Shown here one piece after another: positions 11,098-20,461 of a DNA stretch of 64,000 bases (the stretch's first letter is position 1; the number at the start of each line of letters is the position of its first letter). Both the position numbers and the translations under genes were made by a program. This stretch comes from an uncultured Gammaproteobacteria bacterium. GTDB lineage: Bacteria; Pseudomonadota; Gammaproteobacteria; Steroidobacterales; Steroidobacteraceae. The notes beneath the pieces were generated by a model. It was not told the origin of the DNA. It was given only the letters and a program-made list of their open reading frames with translations, and did no database searches. The stretch lies in NCBI GenBank assembly GCA_963743995.1, contig CAVUSC010000001.1, positions 3,355 through 67,354 of the forward strand, read 5' to 3'.

Positions 11098-11156
11098 GGG
11101 AAAATTGGGGACGCTCACCTATTACTGAGTAATAGGTGAGCGTCCCCAATTTTCCC
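11098..11156. terminator. 59-nt perfect palindrome (29-bp arms, 1-nt centre) between convergent metX and the M23 peptidase gene; likely bidirectional terminator
   Basis: GGGAAAATTGGGGACGCTCACCTATTACT-G-AGTAATAGGTGAGCGTCCCCAATTTTCCC, read directly. AT-richer than its surroundings. Confidence 0.6.
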
Positions 11157-11159
11157 TGG

Positions 11160-12062
11160 TCAGTTTCCTAGCATTAGTGCGGGATCGACCATTGCCCGGT
11201 TGACGCTCACGCCCCAGTGCAGATGCGGCCCGGTCACCCGGCCGGTGGCACCGACCAGACCCAGCACGTCGCCTTCCTGCACCACGTCCCCCGTCTTTAC
11301 GTCGATACGACTGAGGTGGCAGTAAAGCGTCAGCACACCCTGGCCGTGGTCGACGAACACGGTATTGCCGTTGAAGAAAAAGTCTCCGGTCTCAACGACT
11401 CGGCCTGCCGCTGGCGTGCGGATAGGCGTGCCGGTCGATGCCGCGATGTCCATTCCGCTGTGCGGCTTGCGCGGCAGTCCGTTGAACACGCGCCGCTTGC
11501 CATACGAATCCGAGCGCACCCCGGGCACCGGCACGGTCCAGCGCCACGTCGGTGACCGGCTCTCGGTGTAAGTGGCCAGCGCGCGCTCGGTGCGCTCGGT
11601 CTCGGCGTCGATGCGCTTGAGGTCCTCCGGCAGCGGTTCGGCCTTGCGTGGCTCGACCGTCAGGTTCTGGGTAGCGTACTTCCTGGGCGCGACGGTGAAC
11701 GCGATTTCGCGATCCTTGTCGCCGGTTTGCGGCGTCACGAGCTTGATCGTCTGTCGGCCCGGCTCAGTCGCGAGCGGAAGGCCGACGATCGCTTTCCAGC
11801 CGCTCGCGGCGCGAACGATCGGTGCTCGGTACTCGCCGAAGAAGACGGCGCCGGGTGATTCGGCGCCCGCACCGAGATCGATGATCGCGATGCCGCCGGG
11901 CACCCGCGTGTCGCGTGGCAACGCCACCTCGTCAGCAGCGCGTGCCGCAGACGAGGCGAAGCCAAGGATGGACGCGGCAACGCAAAACGCGGCGTATGCG
12001 GCCGCGGCGCGACGACGCAGAAGTCCGGGTCGGATTCCGGTCGGGCGGGCCGTCCGCGGCAT
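11160..12062 (-). CDS. M23 family metallopeptidase (secreted)
   Basis: HSGMDIAA and GPHLHWGV zinc motifs. Signal peptide MPRTARPTGIRPGLLRRRAAAAYAAFCVAASILGFASSAARA. ATG at 12062; the listed 608-aa ORF is an antisense-extended artefact. Confidence 0.85.
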   Translation of the reverse strand: MPRTARPTGIRPGLLRRRAAAAYAAFCVAASILGFASSAARAADEVALPRDTRVPGGIAIIDLGAGAESPGAVFFGEYRAPIVRAASGWKAIVGLPLATEPGRQTIKLVTPQTGDKDREIAFTVAPRKYATQNLTVEPRKAEPLPEDLKRIDAETERTERALATYTESRSPTWRWTVPVPGVRSDSYGKRRVFNGLPRKPHSGMDIAASTGTPIRTPAAGRVVETGDFFFNGNTVFVDHGQGVLTLYCHLSRIDVKTGDVVQEGDVLGLVGATGRVTGPHLHWGVSVNRAMVDPALMLGN

Positions 12063-12128
12063 GGACGCCGCGGCCGGAGCCCCCACGGATGGGTTTACGG
12101 CGTCCCGCGCGACCGGAATCCGACCCGG
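12025..12128 (+). repeat. REP/MITE-like structured element, copy 1 (19-bp perfect terminal inverted repeats, conserved ~60-nt core)
   Basis: CCGGGTCGGATTCCGGTCG (12025-12043) pairs with CGACCGGAATCCGACCCGG (12110-12128). The core is 56/60 identical to 13727-13795. Confidence 0.75.
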
Positions 12129-12181
12129 CCTCGGCGGCGCGTCAATGGCCGTGCGCAGAATTGTTACGAGCCTTGCGTTCG

Positions 12182-13612
12182 TCATTGCCTTGGCTTCGCC
12201 TTCTTCTTCGGTGCGGCTGTTGCGGTGCTGTCTGTCGTGAACACGTCCGTCACGTTCGCCCGAACGGAACCCCGGGCCACACGCACGTCGATCGGTGCCC
12301 CCGGTGCGAGCGAGGACACATCGGTAACGACGTGCGCACCCGCATCCGTCACGATGGCGTAGCCGCGCTCGAGGGTCGCCAGCGGACTCACGGCATTGAG
12401 CGTGCGCATGGCGCGTTCGAAGCGGTCGCGCGCAATCTGCAGTCGACGCTGGATGGCGGCTGGCAGGCGGTATTGCGCGACGTCCAAGCGCTGCTTCAGC
12501 GGTGCAATACGGCGCGCCGGACTGCTGCGGCCGAGGAGGGCTTGCGCGTTCGCCAGTCGCACGCGAGCGCGCTCGAGCCGGGAAAGCATCGCACGCTGCA
12601 GTCGCTGCTCGAGTTCGTCGAGCCGTTGCGCATGCTGCTGCAGCCGCGCGCGCGGCGACACGCGGTCGAGCGCTCGCTCCCACTGCTGCAGTGTCTGTCG
12701 CAATGCCAGCAGCCTGCGTCGCATCGCCTGCACCAGGTTGCGTTCGAATGCAGCGACCGCGCGCAGGTACTCGGCGCTGTCTGGCACGCTGCGTTCGGCC
12801 GCGCCGGACGGCGTCGGCGCACGTTCGTCGGCGACGAAGTCGGCGATCGTGACGTCCGTTTCGTGACCGACGCCGCTGATGACCGGAATGGCGCACGCAT
12901 GGATCGCGCGAGCGACCGCTTCCTCGTTGAAGGCCATCAGGTCTTCGAGCGAGCCACCGCCGCGGGCCAGGATCAGCACGTCGCACTCGCGGCGTGCATC
13001 GGCAAGTTCCAGCGCCCTTACGATCTCGCGCGGAGCGGCTTCGCCCTGCACGGCAACGGGGTAGACCAGGACCGGTACCGCCGGGAAGCGGCGTTTCAGG
13101 ATGTGCAGGATGTCGCGCAGTGCCGCGCCGGTCGGCGAGGTGATCACGCCGATGCGACGGGGCAGGGTGGGCAGCGGCTTCTTCAGCGCGGCCTCGAACA
13201 GGCCCTCGGCCTGCAGCTTGCGCTTGAGTTCCTCGAACCGTCGGCGCAGCGCGCCTTCACCGGCCTCCTCAAGGTGATCAATGACGACCTGGAACTCGCC
13301 CCGGGCCTCGTACAGGCTCACGCGACCTCGTGCGAGCACCCTGGCGCCGTCCTTTACCGGGAAACGCACCAGCATGCTGCGGTTGCGGAACATCGCGCAG
13401 CGGACCTGTGCCGACTCGTCCTTGAGCGAGAAGTACCAGTGACCCGATGCAGGGCGGGCCAGGTTCGAGATCTCGCCTTCGAGCCAGACTGAGCCCAGTC
13501 CGCGCTCCAGCAGCATCCGTGCCTGGGCGTTCAGCTGCGATATCGTGAACACTTCGCGCGCGGGGGCGGCCGGCGAGGGCGTTGCGTCGTCGTCGAACCA
13601 GGAGTCGGCCAT
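12182..13612 (-). CDS. xseA: exodeoxyribonuclease VII large subunit
   Basis: OB-fold N-terminus ([19 protein letters not shown]), [25 protein letters not shown], long coiled-coil C-terminus. Confidence 0.95.
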   Translation of the reverse strand: MADSWFDDDATPSPAAPAREVFTISQLNAQARMLLERGLGSVWLEGEISNLARPASGHWYFSLKDESAQVRCAMFRNRSMLVRFPVKDGARVLARGRVSLYEARGEFQVVIDHLEEAGEGALRRRFEELKRKLQAEGLFEAALKKPLPTLPRRIGVITSPTGAALRDILHILKRRFPAVPVLVYPVAVQGEAAPREIVRALELADARRECDVLILARGGGSLEDLMAFNEEAVARAIHACAIPVISGVGHETDVTIADFVADERAPTPSGAAERSVPDSAEYLRAVAAFERNLVQAMRRRLLALRQTLQQWERALDRVSPRARLQQHAQRLDELEQRLQRAMLSRLERARVRLANAQALLGRSSPARRIAPLKQRLDVAQYRLPAAIQRRLQIARDRFERAMRTLNAVSPLATLERGYAIVTDAGAHVVTDVSSLAPGAPIDVRVARGSVRANVTDVFTTDSTATAAPKKKAKPRQ

Positions 13613-13705
13613 CTGGGCATCTTACCGGCCGGGGCACCCACCGGAAAACGACACGGCGCGGCCAAGTCGTTCGCCGGCCGGCTGCCACGCTCGCTGGCAG
13701 CGATT

Positions 13706-13818
13706 GCTCCGGGCTTGCCGGATCGCGGGCCGGGGCCGTCCGCCGCATGGACGCGGCGGCCGGAGCCCCCATGGAAGGGTTTACGGCGTCCCCGGCCGGG
13801 ATCCGGCAAGTCCGGAGC
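13706..13818 (+). repeat. REP/MITE-like structured element, copy 2
   Basis: Arms GCTCCGGGCTTGCCGGATC.. / ..GATCCGGCAAGTCCGGAGC differ from copy 1 but are self-complementary. Same core in the same orientation. Confidence 0.75.
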
Positions 13819-13937
13819 ACCGATGCCTTGTCACTGCGGTCGCACGGCCGGCAATCGACTTGGCATGCAACACTGGTTTTACCCCAGGCGCCCGGAGCGG
13901 GTACAATGCCGCGCTTCCTTTCGCTCCGGGTCGCCCA

Positions 13938-15407
13938 ATGCTGCGAATTCTCGAGGAAGCCCTCACCTTCGACGACGTCCTGCTCGTGCCGGCCTATTCC
14001 GAGGTCCTGCCAGCAGAGGTCAGCCTGTCGACGCAACTGACGCGCGGCATCAGGCTGAACCTGCCCGTCGTTTCGGCCGCGATGGACACCGTCACCGAGC
14101 ACCGCCTCGCGATTTCCATCGCGCAGGAGGGCGGCATCGGCATCCTGCACAAGAACATGACCATCGAGTCGCAGGCTCGCGAAGTCGCGCGCGTGAAGCG
14201 ATTCGAGAGCGGCATCATCCACGATCCGATCACGGTGCGACCCGAGCAGACAATCCGCGAAGTGCTCGAGCTCACGCGCTCGAAGAATATTTCCGGCGTG
14301 CCGGTCGTGCGCGACGGCAAGGCCGTCGGCATCGTCACCCACCGCGACCTTCGCTTCGAGACACGCTACGACGCGCCGGTTTCCGCCGTGATGACGCCGC
14401 GCGAGCGCCTCATCACCGTGCGCGAAGGCGCGCCGAAGGATGACGTGCTGATGCTGCTGCACAAGCACCGCATCGAGAAGGTCCTCGTCGTCGGCGACGA
14501 TTTCCAGCTGAAAGGCATGATCACGGTCAAGGATTTCCAGAAGGCGACCGAGTTCCCGCGCGCCTGCAAGGACGAGCGTGGCGCATTGCGCGTCGGCGCC
14601 GCCGTCGGCACCGGTGCCGACACGCTCGATCGTGCGGCGGCGCTGCGGGAAAGCGGCGTCGACGTCATCGTCGTCGACACGGCCCACGGCCACAGCCGCG
14701 GCGTGATCGAGACGGTCAGGCGCATCAAGGCGAAGTGGCCGAACCAGCAGGTCATTGCCGGCAATATCGTCACCGCCGAGGGTGCGATGGCGTTGATCGA
14801 CGCCGGCGCCGATGCCGTCAAGGTCGGCATCGGTCCCGGCTCGATCTGCACCACCCGTATCGTCGCCGGCGTCGGCGTGCCGCAGATTTCTGCGGTGGCG
14901 AACGTGGCTGCCGCGCTGGCGCCGCACGGCATTCCGCTGATTGCTGACGGTGGCATTCGCTTCTCCGGCGACGTAGCCAAGGCCATCGTCGCGGGCGCGC
15001 ACTGCGTGATGATGGGTGGCCTGTTCGCCGGCACCGAGGAATCGCCGGGCGAAGTCGAGCTGTACCAGGGTGCCTCGTACAAGTCGTATCGCGGCATGGG
15101 TTCGCTCGGCGCGATGGCGCAGTCGAACGGTTCGCGCGACCGCTACTTCCAGGACGCCTCTGCTGAAATCGAGAAGCTCGTGCCGGAAGGCGTCGAAGGC
15201 CGCGTGCCGTACAAGGGCAGCATCGTCGCGATCCTGCACCAGCTTGCAGGCGGCCTGCGCGCGGCGATGGGTTACACCGGCAGTGCGAACATCGACGAGA
15301 TGCGCACGCAGCCCAGGTTCGTGCGGATCACCAGCGCGGGCGTGCGCGAGAGCCACGTCCACGACGTGACCATCACCAAGGAAGCCCCGAATTACCGTGT
15401 CAGCTGA
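13938..15407 (+). CDS. guaB: IMP dehydrogenase
   Basis: [21 protein letters not shown] pair, catalytic loop [22 protein letters not shown] at 13938 lies inside the longer ORF. Confidence 0.95.
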   Translation: MLRILEEALTFDDVLLVPAYSEVLPAEVSLSTQLTRGIRLNLPVVSAAMDTVTEHRLAISIAQEGGIGILHKNMTIESQAREVARVKRFESGIIHDPITVRPEQTIREVLELTRSKNISGVPVVRDGKAVGIVTHRDLRFETRYDAPVSAVMTPRERLITVREGAPKDDVLMLLHKHRIEKVLVVGDDFQLKGMITVKDFQKATEFPRACKDERGALRVGAAVGTGADTLDRAAALRESGVDVIVVDTAHGHSRGVIETVRRIKAKWPNQQVIAGNIVTAEGAMALIDAGADAVKVGIGPGSICTTRIVAGVGVPQISAVANVAAALAPHGIPLIADGGIRFSGDVAKAIVAGAHCVMMGGLFAGTEESPGEVELYQGASYKSYRGMGSLGAMAQSNGSRDRYFQDASAEIEKLVPEGVEGRVPYKGSIVAILHQLAGGLRAAMGYTGSANIDEMRTQPRFVRITSAGVRESHVHDVTITKEAPNYRVS

Positions 15408-17007
15408 GCAAGCGTCTGCGGCGGCGGTGCGCCCGGCAGACATCCACGCGCACCGCATCCTGATCCTCGATTTCGGGGCCCAGTACACCCAGTTGATCGC
15501 ACGACGCGTCCGTGAGTGCGGCGTCTACTGCGAGATCCATCCGTGGGACATGAGTGACGCCGACGTGCGCGCGTTCGGTGCACGCGGCATCATCCTCTCC
15601 GGCGGTCCCGAGTCCGTGACGGATGTCGAGCCGCCAAAGGCGCCGCACGCCGTGTTCGAGGCGGGAGTGCCCGTGCTCGGCATCTGCTACGGCATGCAGA
15701 CGATGGCGCAGCAGCTCGGCGGCCGTGTCAGCGGCTCAGATCACCGCGAGTTCGGCTATGCGCAGGTAACCGTGACGGCGCCATGCCGACTGCTCGATGG
15801 ATTGTTCGATCACCGCGACCCGCAGGGACGGGCGGTGCTCGACGTCTGGATGAGCCACGGCGATCGTGTCGAGGCACTGCCGGCCGGCTTCGTGCCTGTC
15901 GGTGCCTCGGCGAACGCGCCGCTCGCGGCCATGGCCGATGAAGCGCGCAGTTACTACGCTGTCCAGTTCCACCCCGAAGTGACCCACACCCTGCAGGGAG
16001 GGCGGATGCTCGAACGCTTCGTGCGCGAGATCTGCGCGTGCGAGGCGCGCTGGGAGCCGGGCAACATCATTGCCGACGCGGTCGCGCGCGTGCGCGAGCA
16101 GGTGGGCAGCGACAAGGTGCTGCTGGGCCTGTCGGGCGGCGTGGATTCGTCGGTGGTGGCGGCGCTGCTGCATAGCGCGATTGGCGACCAGCTGGTCTGC
16201 GTGTTCGTCGACCATGGCCTGCTGCGTGCCGGCGAGGGCGACCAGGTCATGAAGATGCTCGGCGAGAACATGGGGGTGAAGATCATCCGTGTGAATGCCG
16301 AGGAACGCTTCCTCGACGCGCTGCGCGGCGAGTCAGATCCCGAGCGCAAGCGCAAGATCATCGGGCGGATGTTCATCGAGGTGTTCGACGAAGAGTCGAA
16401 CAGGCTCGAAGGCGTACGCTGGCTGGCGCAGGGCACGATCTATCCCGACGTGATCGAATCCGCGGGCGCAAAGACGGGCAAGGCGCACGTGATCAAGTCG
16501 CACCACAACGTGGGCGGCCTGCCCGAGCACATGAAGCTCAAGCTGGTCGAGCCGCTGCGCGAGCTGTTCAAGGACGAGGTGCGGCGCCTCGGCCTCGAGC
16601 TCGGCTTGCCGCGCTCGATGGTGTTCCGCCATCCGTTCCCGGGTCCGGGCCTCGGCGTGCGCATCCTCGGCGAAGTGTCGAAGCAGTATGCCGACCTGCT
16701 GCGCAAGGCCGACAGGATCTTCATCGACGAGCTGCACGCACACGGACTCTACGACGCGACCAGCCAGGCATTCGCGGTGTTCCTGCCGGTGCGTTCGGTC
16801 GCGGTGATGGGCGACGGCCGTCGGTACGACTACGTGATCGCGTTGCGCGCGGTCGAGACGGTCGACTTCATGACGGCCCGCTGGGCACGCCTGCCCTACG
16901 AGTTCCTCGAACTCTGCTCACGCCGCATCATCAACGAGGTGGCCGGCATCTCGCGGGTCACGTACGACATCTCGAGCAAGCCGCCTGCGACGATCGAGTG
17001 GGAGTGA
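15397..17007 (+). CDS. guaA: GMP synthase (glutamine-hydrolysing)
   Basis: GATase domain ([24 protein letters not shown]), PP-loop SGGVDSSV, C-terminus [12 protein letters not shown] start overlaps the guaB end by 11 nt. Confidence 0.95.
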   Translation: MSAEQASAAAVRPADIHAHRILILDFGAQYTQLIARRVRECGVYCEIHPWDMSDADVRAFGARGIILSGGPESVTDVEPPKAPHAVFEAGVPVLGICYGMQTMAQQLGGRVSGSDHREFGYAQVTVTAPCRLLDGLFDHRDPQGRAVLDVWMSHGDRVEALPAGFVPVGASANAPLAAMADEARSYYAVQFHPEVTHTLQGGRMLERFVREICACEARWEPGNIIADAVARVREQVGSDKVLLGLSGGVDSSVVAALLHSAIGDQLVCVFVDHGLLRAGEGDQVMKMLGENMGVKIIRVNAEERFLDALRGESDPERKRKIIGRMFIEVFDEESNRLEGVRWLAQGTIYPDVIESAGAKTGKAHVIKSHHNVGGLPEHMKLKLVEPLRELFKDEVRRLGLELGLPRSMVFRHPFPGPGLGVRILGEVSKQYADLLRKADRIFIDELHAHGLYDATSQAFAVFLPVRSVAVMGDGRRYDYVIALRAVETVDFMTARWARLPYEFLELCSRRIINEVAGISRVTYDISSKPPATIEWE

Positions 17008-17009
17008 GG
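16993..17009 (+). repeat. att-like direct repeat, copy 1 (last codons and stop of guaA)
   Basis: ATCGAGTGGGAGTGAGG. Identical at 18406-18422, 1 mismatch at 20445-20461. Confidence 0.8.
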
Positions 17010-17120
17010 GGCCGCCCTCCAGTGTGCGCCTCAGATGCAAGAAGTTCAGCGGTCGGATTCCGGGAACATTCGACCGATACCTTCGCCGTGCTTGGGCACC
17101 AGCGAACTGGCAGCGGCAGC

Positions 17121-17252
17121 TTACGAGTAGCAAAGGCACGCGCCCCAAGTGACTTTCGACCGATCGCCTCCATCGCGATCGATCATACAGTCCACGAAGG
17201 CGCGCAGCGCGGGTTGAACATGGCGACGGCTCGGATAGTAGAGTGCACCTGA
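17121..17252 (-). pseudogene. C-terminal remnant of a LysR-type regulator
   Basis: ..ALYYPSRRHVQPALRAFVDCMID.. is a typical LysR C-terminal signature. Homology stops exactly where the IS91 fragment begins. Confidence 0.5.
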
Positions 17253-17257
17253 CGAGG

Positions 17258-17506
17258 TTAAACGCCGTGTTCGCCCCGCACAGCAAGCTACGTGCAGTGG
17301 TGCCGCCCGCGCACCGGGGCGTGGGTGCGGCGAAGCAGCAGACCGCGGATGCGGCCACGACCGCGACGCCCCGACATGTGGCGATGAACTGGGCGCGGCG
17401 CCTGAAGCGTGTGTTTGGCGTCGAGATCGAGGACTGTGCCCGTTGCGGCGGGAAGCTTGCGATCCTTGCCAGTATCGAGGAGCCAGAGGTGATCGCGAGG
17501 ATCCTG
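17258..17506 (+). mobile_element. IS91-family (Y2) transposase, C-terminal fragment
   Basis: LNAVFAPHSKLRAVVPPA..HVAMNWARRLKRVFGVEIEDCARCGGKLAILASIEEPEVIARIL matches the conserved IS91-family C-terminus. No catalytic core is present. Confidence 0.65.
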
Positions 17507-17599
17507 CGTACCGCAATGAAATCTGTCGCGTGGTTTACCTGCTATCGATGGTGCTCACTCACGGTGAGAAGAAATCCAGATTCATAAACCTTCTGCCCG

Positions 17600-17893
17600 T
17601 CAAGCCGCAGCGCTTTCGCGCTGGGAGATGGGCCGTACCTTGCCACGGAACTTCTTCTTCGCCTGCCACAGGTCGTAGTTGACCTGCATGCCGTACCAGA
17701 ACTCCGGTGACGTGCCGAGCGCCTTGGACAGACGTATGGCCATCTCCGGGCTGATGCCGGTGGCACCATTCAACAGGCGCGAGAGCGCCACACGGCCCAC
17801 GCCCAGGCGCTTGGCTGCATCGGTCACGCTGATTTCGCTCAGGGCTTCCCTGAGCACTTCGCCGGGGTGGCAGGGGTTGTGCATCTGGCTCAT
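17600..17893 (-). CDS. higA: HigA-family antitoxin (XRE HTH)
   Basis: [52 protein letters not shown]. Downstream of and adjacent to higB. Confidence 0.85.
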   Translation of the reverse strand: MSQMHNPCHPGEVLREALSEISVTDAAKRLGVGRVALSRLLNGATGISPEMAIRLSKALGTSPEFWYGMQVNYDLWQAKKKFRGKVRPISQRESAAA

Positions 17894-17903
17894 GTCGGCT
17901 CTC

Positions 17904-18185
17904 CTAGTGATAGTCCTCGTAATCGAGCAGCACGACGTCTGTGCCCTCGAAGATGAAAGTCAGTCGCCAGTTGCCGTTGACCGTGATGGACCAGCGGCCA
18001 GCTTGACTGCCCTTCAGCTCATGCAAGCGCCAGCTCGGGATCGCCGCGAGGTCCTGTGGTTGCGTCGCAGCATCCAGGGCGGTCAGTTGAGAGCGCAGCT
18101 TCTTGTCGTGCTTTGGCTGAATGCCAGCCTTCAAGCCCGTGCGGTAGAAGCGCTCAAGCCCGTCGTGCCGGAATGACTTGATCAC
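17904..18185 (-). CDS. higB: HigB-type toxin (RelE/ParE superfamily, plasmid maintenance system killer)
   Basis: [51 protein letters not shown]. Toxin-first operon order. Confidence 0.85.
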   Translation of the reverse strand: MIKSFRHDGLERFYRTGLKAGIQPKHDKKLRSQLTALDAATQPQDLAAIPSWRLHELKGSQAGRWSITVNGNWRLTFIFEGTDVVLLDYEDYH

Positions 18186-18193
18186 GGTGCAGT

Positions 18194-18210
18194 GTATCCT
18201 GATAGGATAC
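18194..18210. promoter_or_regulatory. inverted repeat, candidate HigA operator of higBA-1
   Basis: GTATCCT-GAT-AGGATAC, 9 nt upstream of the higB start. Confidence 0.5.
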
Positions 18211-18405
18211 GGGTTGTAAGGTCGATGCCGCGGGCGAGAGGACCGGCCATTAGTTCAACGTCTTGCGGGTCGATTTCCGGGCGTTCGGCCTCTGTCGGCA
18301 TGCTGCACCACCAAGCGGAATGATTCGACGGTCAGTCTGACGGTAAAGTCACGCCGCCCTCACGAGAATTCCAGCAGCGGCGGCAAGTTGCGGGGCTTGA
18401 AGATT

Positions 18406-18422
18406 ATCGAGTGGGAGTGAGG
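18406..18422 (+). repeat. att-like direct repeat, copy 2
   Basis: ATCGAGTGGGAGTGAGG, exact copy of the guaA end. Confidence 0.8.
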
Positions 18423-18668
18423 AGGCGATCCGCTTCATGATGCGCTGGCGCGCTGGTAGATCCAGCTCGGGATTCCGGGAGGAAGCGGGTCAAACTCGAC
18501 CTGCGGTTTGTCTTTCGTCGGCAAGAGTCGCTCACAGTGACAGAATCGCGGGATTCGCAAACCGATTCGGTCCAGCATTTCTGCTCGAACACGCCAGGAT
18601 TGTGCAGTCCGCTCGAGCCTGTCGCGCCCTAGTCTGTTGCGTCCCCGCCCGATGCAGGGACGCCTGCG

Positions 18669-19025
18669 GTGTCCGCAGCTACCCGACCGCAGCCGATTCG
18701 TGCGCCGCCGTTTCTCGACCCTCCGGGCTACGCCCGGCATCGCCCCGAAGCCACTCCGCTGTATCGGCTGGTGGAGCAGCACTATCCCGCCTTTCGTGCG
18801 CTTAGATCCGAGGCAGGTCGGCCGCTGCCGGATTACATCGAGCAGGAGTTCGATGCGTACCTGAAGTGCGGCCGCTTGGAAGAAGGCTTCCTGCGTCTGT
18901 GCTGCGAGGACTGCCACGCCGAGAAGGTCGTCGCATTCAGCTGTAAGAAGCGCGGATTCTGCCCCTCCTGTGGTGCGCGTCGCATGGCCGAGACCGCGGC
19001 GCTGCTGGCCGATGAGGTGCTGCCG
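18669..19025 (+). mobile_element. IS91-family transposase, N-terminal zinc-binding fragment
   Basis: PLYRLVEQHYPAFRAL..YLKCGRLEEGFLRLCCEDCHAEKVVAFSCKKRGFCPSCGARRMAETAALLADEVLP. Homology ends at about 19025. Confidence 0.7.
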
Positions 19026-19190
19026 CACCCCCGACCTCCGTACACGACAACTTCCGCATGCCGGAGGATCGTTCCCGGGCGTAGACGGTCCTTTTTCGGG
19101 TGAGTGAACCGGGCGAGCGAGATACGCTCGAGCCGTGCCCAGGGGGTGCGGGGGAGCTTGGGAAGGAGTCGAAGGCATAGGAGTCGCATA

Positions 19191-19254
19191 GTCACGCTTG
19201 CCGTTAGTCACGCTTGCCGTTAGTCACGCTTGCCGCTAATCACGCGAGGCGTTA
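19191..19254 (+). repeat. 16-bp tandem direct repeat, three good copies plus one degenerate
   Basis: GTCACGCTTGCCGTTA x2, GTCACGCTTGCCGCTA, ATCACGCGAGGCGTTA. Ends 10 nt before the higB-2 ATG. Confidence 0.85.
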
Positions 19255-19263
19255 ATATCGGGC

Positions 19264-19542
19264 ATGATCCGATCGTTCAAGTGCCCGGACACCGAGACGC
19301 TCTCGAAAGGAATCCGGGTCAAGCGGTTCGTGAACATCGAGGCGGTCGCCCGGCGCAAGCTGAGGCAGCTTGAGATCGCTGCCCGCCTGGACGATCTGAA
19401 AATACCTCCGGGCAATCGACTCGAAGCCTTGAAAGGCCGACGAGCCGGTCAGTACAGCATCCGGATCAACGATCAGTGGAGAGTCTGCTTTCGCTGGACG
19501 CAGGCCGGTGCGCTCGATGTCGAGATCATCGATTATCACTAG
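19264..19542 (+). CDS. higB: HigB-type toxin, second copy
   Basis: MIRSFKCPDTETL..LEALKGRRAGQYSIRINDQWRVCFRW..VEIIDYH. Confidence 0.85.
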   Translation: MIRSFKCPDTETLSKGIRVKRFVNIEAVARRKLRQLEIAARLDDLKIPPGNRLEALKGRRAGQYSIRINDQWRVCFRWTQAGALDVEIIDYH

Positions 19543-19554
19543 GGTGAAGTCATC

Positions 19555-19893
19555 ATGAGCAACCTGAACGCAATTACGCCCGGTGAGCTCCTGCTGGAGG
19601 AGTTCCTGGCGCCCATGGGCATCAGTCAGTATCGACTGGCCAAGGAGATTGATGTTCCGGCGCAGCGAATCAGCGAGATCGTCGCGGGAAAGCGCGCCAT
19701 CACCGCCGATACCGACCTGCGGCTCTGCCGGTTCTTCGGCCTGTCCAGCGGCTACTGGTTGCGTGCCCAGGCGGCACACGACACGGAAGTGGCCGAGCGC
19801 AAGCTGGCGCCAGTACTGCTGCGCATCAGGCCGTGGGCGACAAAGACTGCTCGACAAGGCGCTGCAGCGGACGCGGCGACGCGGCGGCGCTGA
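19555..19893 (+). CDS. higA: HigA-family antitoxin, second copy
   Basis: ITPGELLLEEFLAPMGISQYRLAKEIDVPAQRISEIVAGKRAITADTDLRLCRFFGLSSGYW. Confidence 0.85.
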   Translation: MSNLNAITPGELLLEEFLAPMGISQYRLAKEIDVPAQRISEIVAGKRAITADTDLRLCRFFGLSSGYWLRAQAAHDTEVAERKLAPVLLRIRPWATKTARQGAAADAATRRR

Positions 19894-19909
19894 TCACCGG
19901 TGTAAACAG

Positions 19910-19944
19910 GCGTGCAATTCTGACCGATGGTCAGAATTGCACGC
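19910..19944 (+). terminator. perfect hairpin after higA-2
   Basis: GCGTGCAATTCTGAC-CGATG-GTCAGAATTGCACGC (15-bp stem). No clear T-tract. Confidence 0.5.
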
Positions 19945-20060
19945 CCGTCCACAGCCTGACCGACCTGCGGACGTCCCGTCGCCAGGCCGCTTCGTCCGGC
20001 AAGGTGTGGGAAATGCTACCCGGCAGTCTCACGCCGTGTGATCGGTGTGGGCACACGGCA

Positions 20061-20126
20061 GGCTTCGACTCACCATACGGCCGGAAACGCGAATCGGTTC
20101 GGCCGCAGCAGGTGCTTTGAAATTCC
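20061..20126 (+). repeat. island-internal repeat family, copy A
   Basis: GGCTTCGACTCACCATACGGCCGG..CGAATCGGTT..GCAGGTGCTTTGAAATTCC. Related to 21217-21294 and 26272-26312. Confidence 0.6.
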
Positions 20127-20150
20127 TATCCCCCCGCCTCCACTAATAAT

Positions 20151-20168
20151 GTAGCTACCAGTAGCTAC
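20151..20168. promoter_or_regulatory. two 8-bp palindromes 10 bp apart, candidate operator of the phd-vapC remnant
   Basis: GTAGCTAC-CA-GTAGCTAC, immediately upstream of the ATG at 20170/20179. Confidence 0.45.
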
Positions 20169-20178
20169 GATGATTCCC

Positions 20179-20340
20179 ATGAAAACCGTCGGCGTCCGTG
20201 ACCTCAAGAACAAGCTGAGCGAATATCTTCGCGGCGTGCGGCTGGGAGAGAGCGTCCTGGTTACCGATTGGGGATAAGTCCTGGCGGAGCTCCTGCCACC
20301 CGGGCAAGGCCAGCGCGCGGCAGCCATTTCCCGGCGACCC
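20179..20340 (+). pseudogene. Phd/YefM-type antitoxin interrupted by an in-frame TAA
   Basis: MKTVGVRDLKNKLSEYLRGVRLGESVLVTDWG-stop(20275-20277)-VLAELLPPGQ.. The family sequence continues in frame after the stop. Confidence 0.6.
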
Positions 20341-20341
20341 G

Positions 20342-20449
20342 ATTCGACCCCTCGATGCCATCCACCTCGCATCGCTTGACGGCAAATATGGCGACCGCCG
20401 CCAGGAAGCAACGAACTTTCAAGTGCTTACGGACGTTGAGAACAATTGA
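20342..20449 (+). pseudogene. C-terminal remnant of a PIN-domain (VapC-like) toxin
   Basis: RPLDAIHLASL.. resembles the distal acidic motif of VapC. Only 35 codons remain; the stop lies inside att-like copy 3. Confidence 0.4.
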
Positions 20450-20461
20450 GTGGGAGTGAGG
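20445..20461 (+). repeat. att-like direct repeat, copy 3
   Basis: ATTGAGTGGGAGTGAGG, 16/17 identical to the guaA end. The upstream ACAAT also echoes guaA ACGAT. Confidence 0.8.

Noticed and set aside
11091-11100. Telomere-like GGGGTTAGGG, which also occurs at 33554-33563 and 45701-45710.
   Set aside because: These are three isolated single units, not tandem arrays. They are better explained as part of the G-rich repeat and terminator elements at gene ends.
11160-12986. 608-aa ORF suggesting a very large M23 protein.
   Set aside because: Only the C-terminal 300 aa look like a real protein (signal peptide plus M23 domain). The upstream half is Arg-rich nonsense, runs through the REP-like element and overlaps xseA. 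ATG 12062 fits.
18435-19211. 258-aa minus-strand ORF in island segment 2.
   Set aside because: It is antisense to the IS91 N-terminal fragment, which has clear family motifs on the plus strand. No motif of its own was seen apart from the short C-terminal remnant discussed in the findings.
19191-19254. Possible CRISPR array (also considered for the GGAAGG arrays at 45654 and 61449).
   Set aside because: The units are contiguous or separated by only 2-5 nt, there are no unique spacers of 25-40 nt, and no cas genes are in the window.
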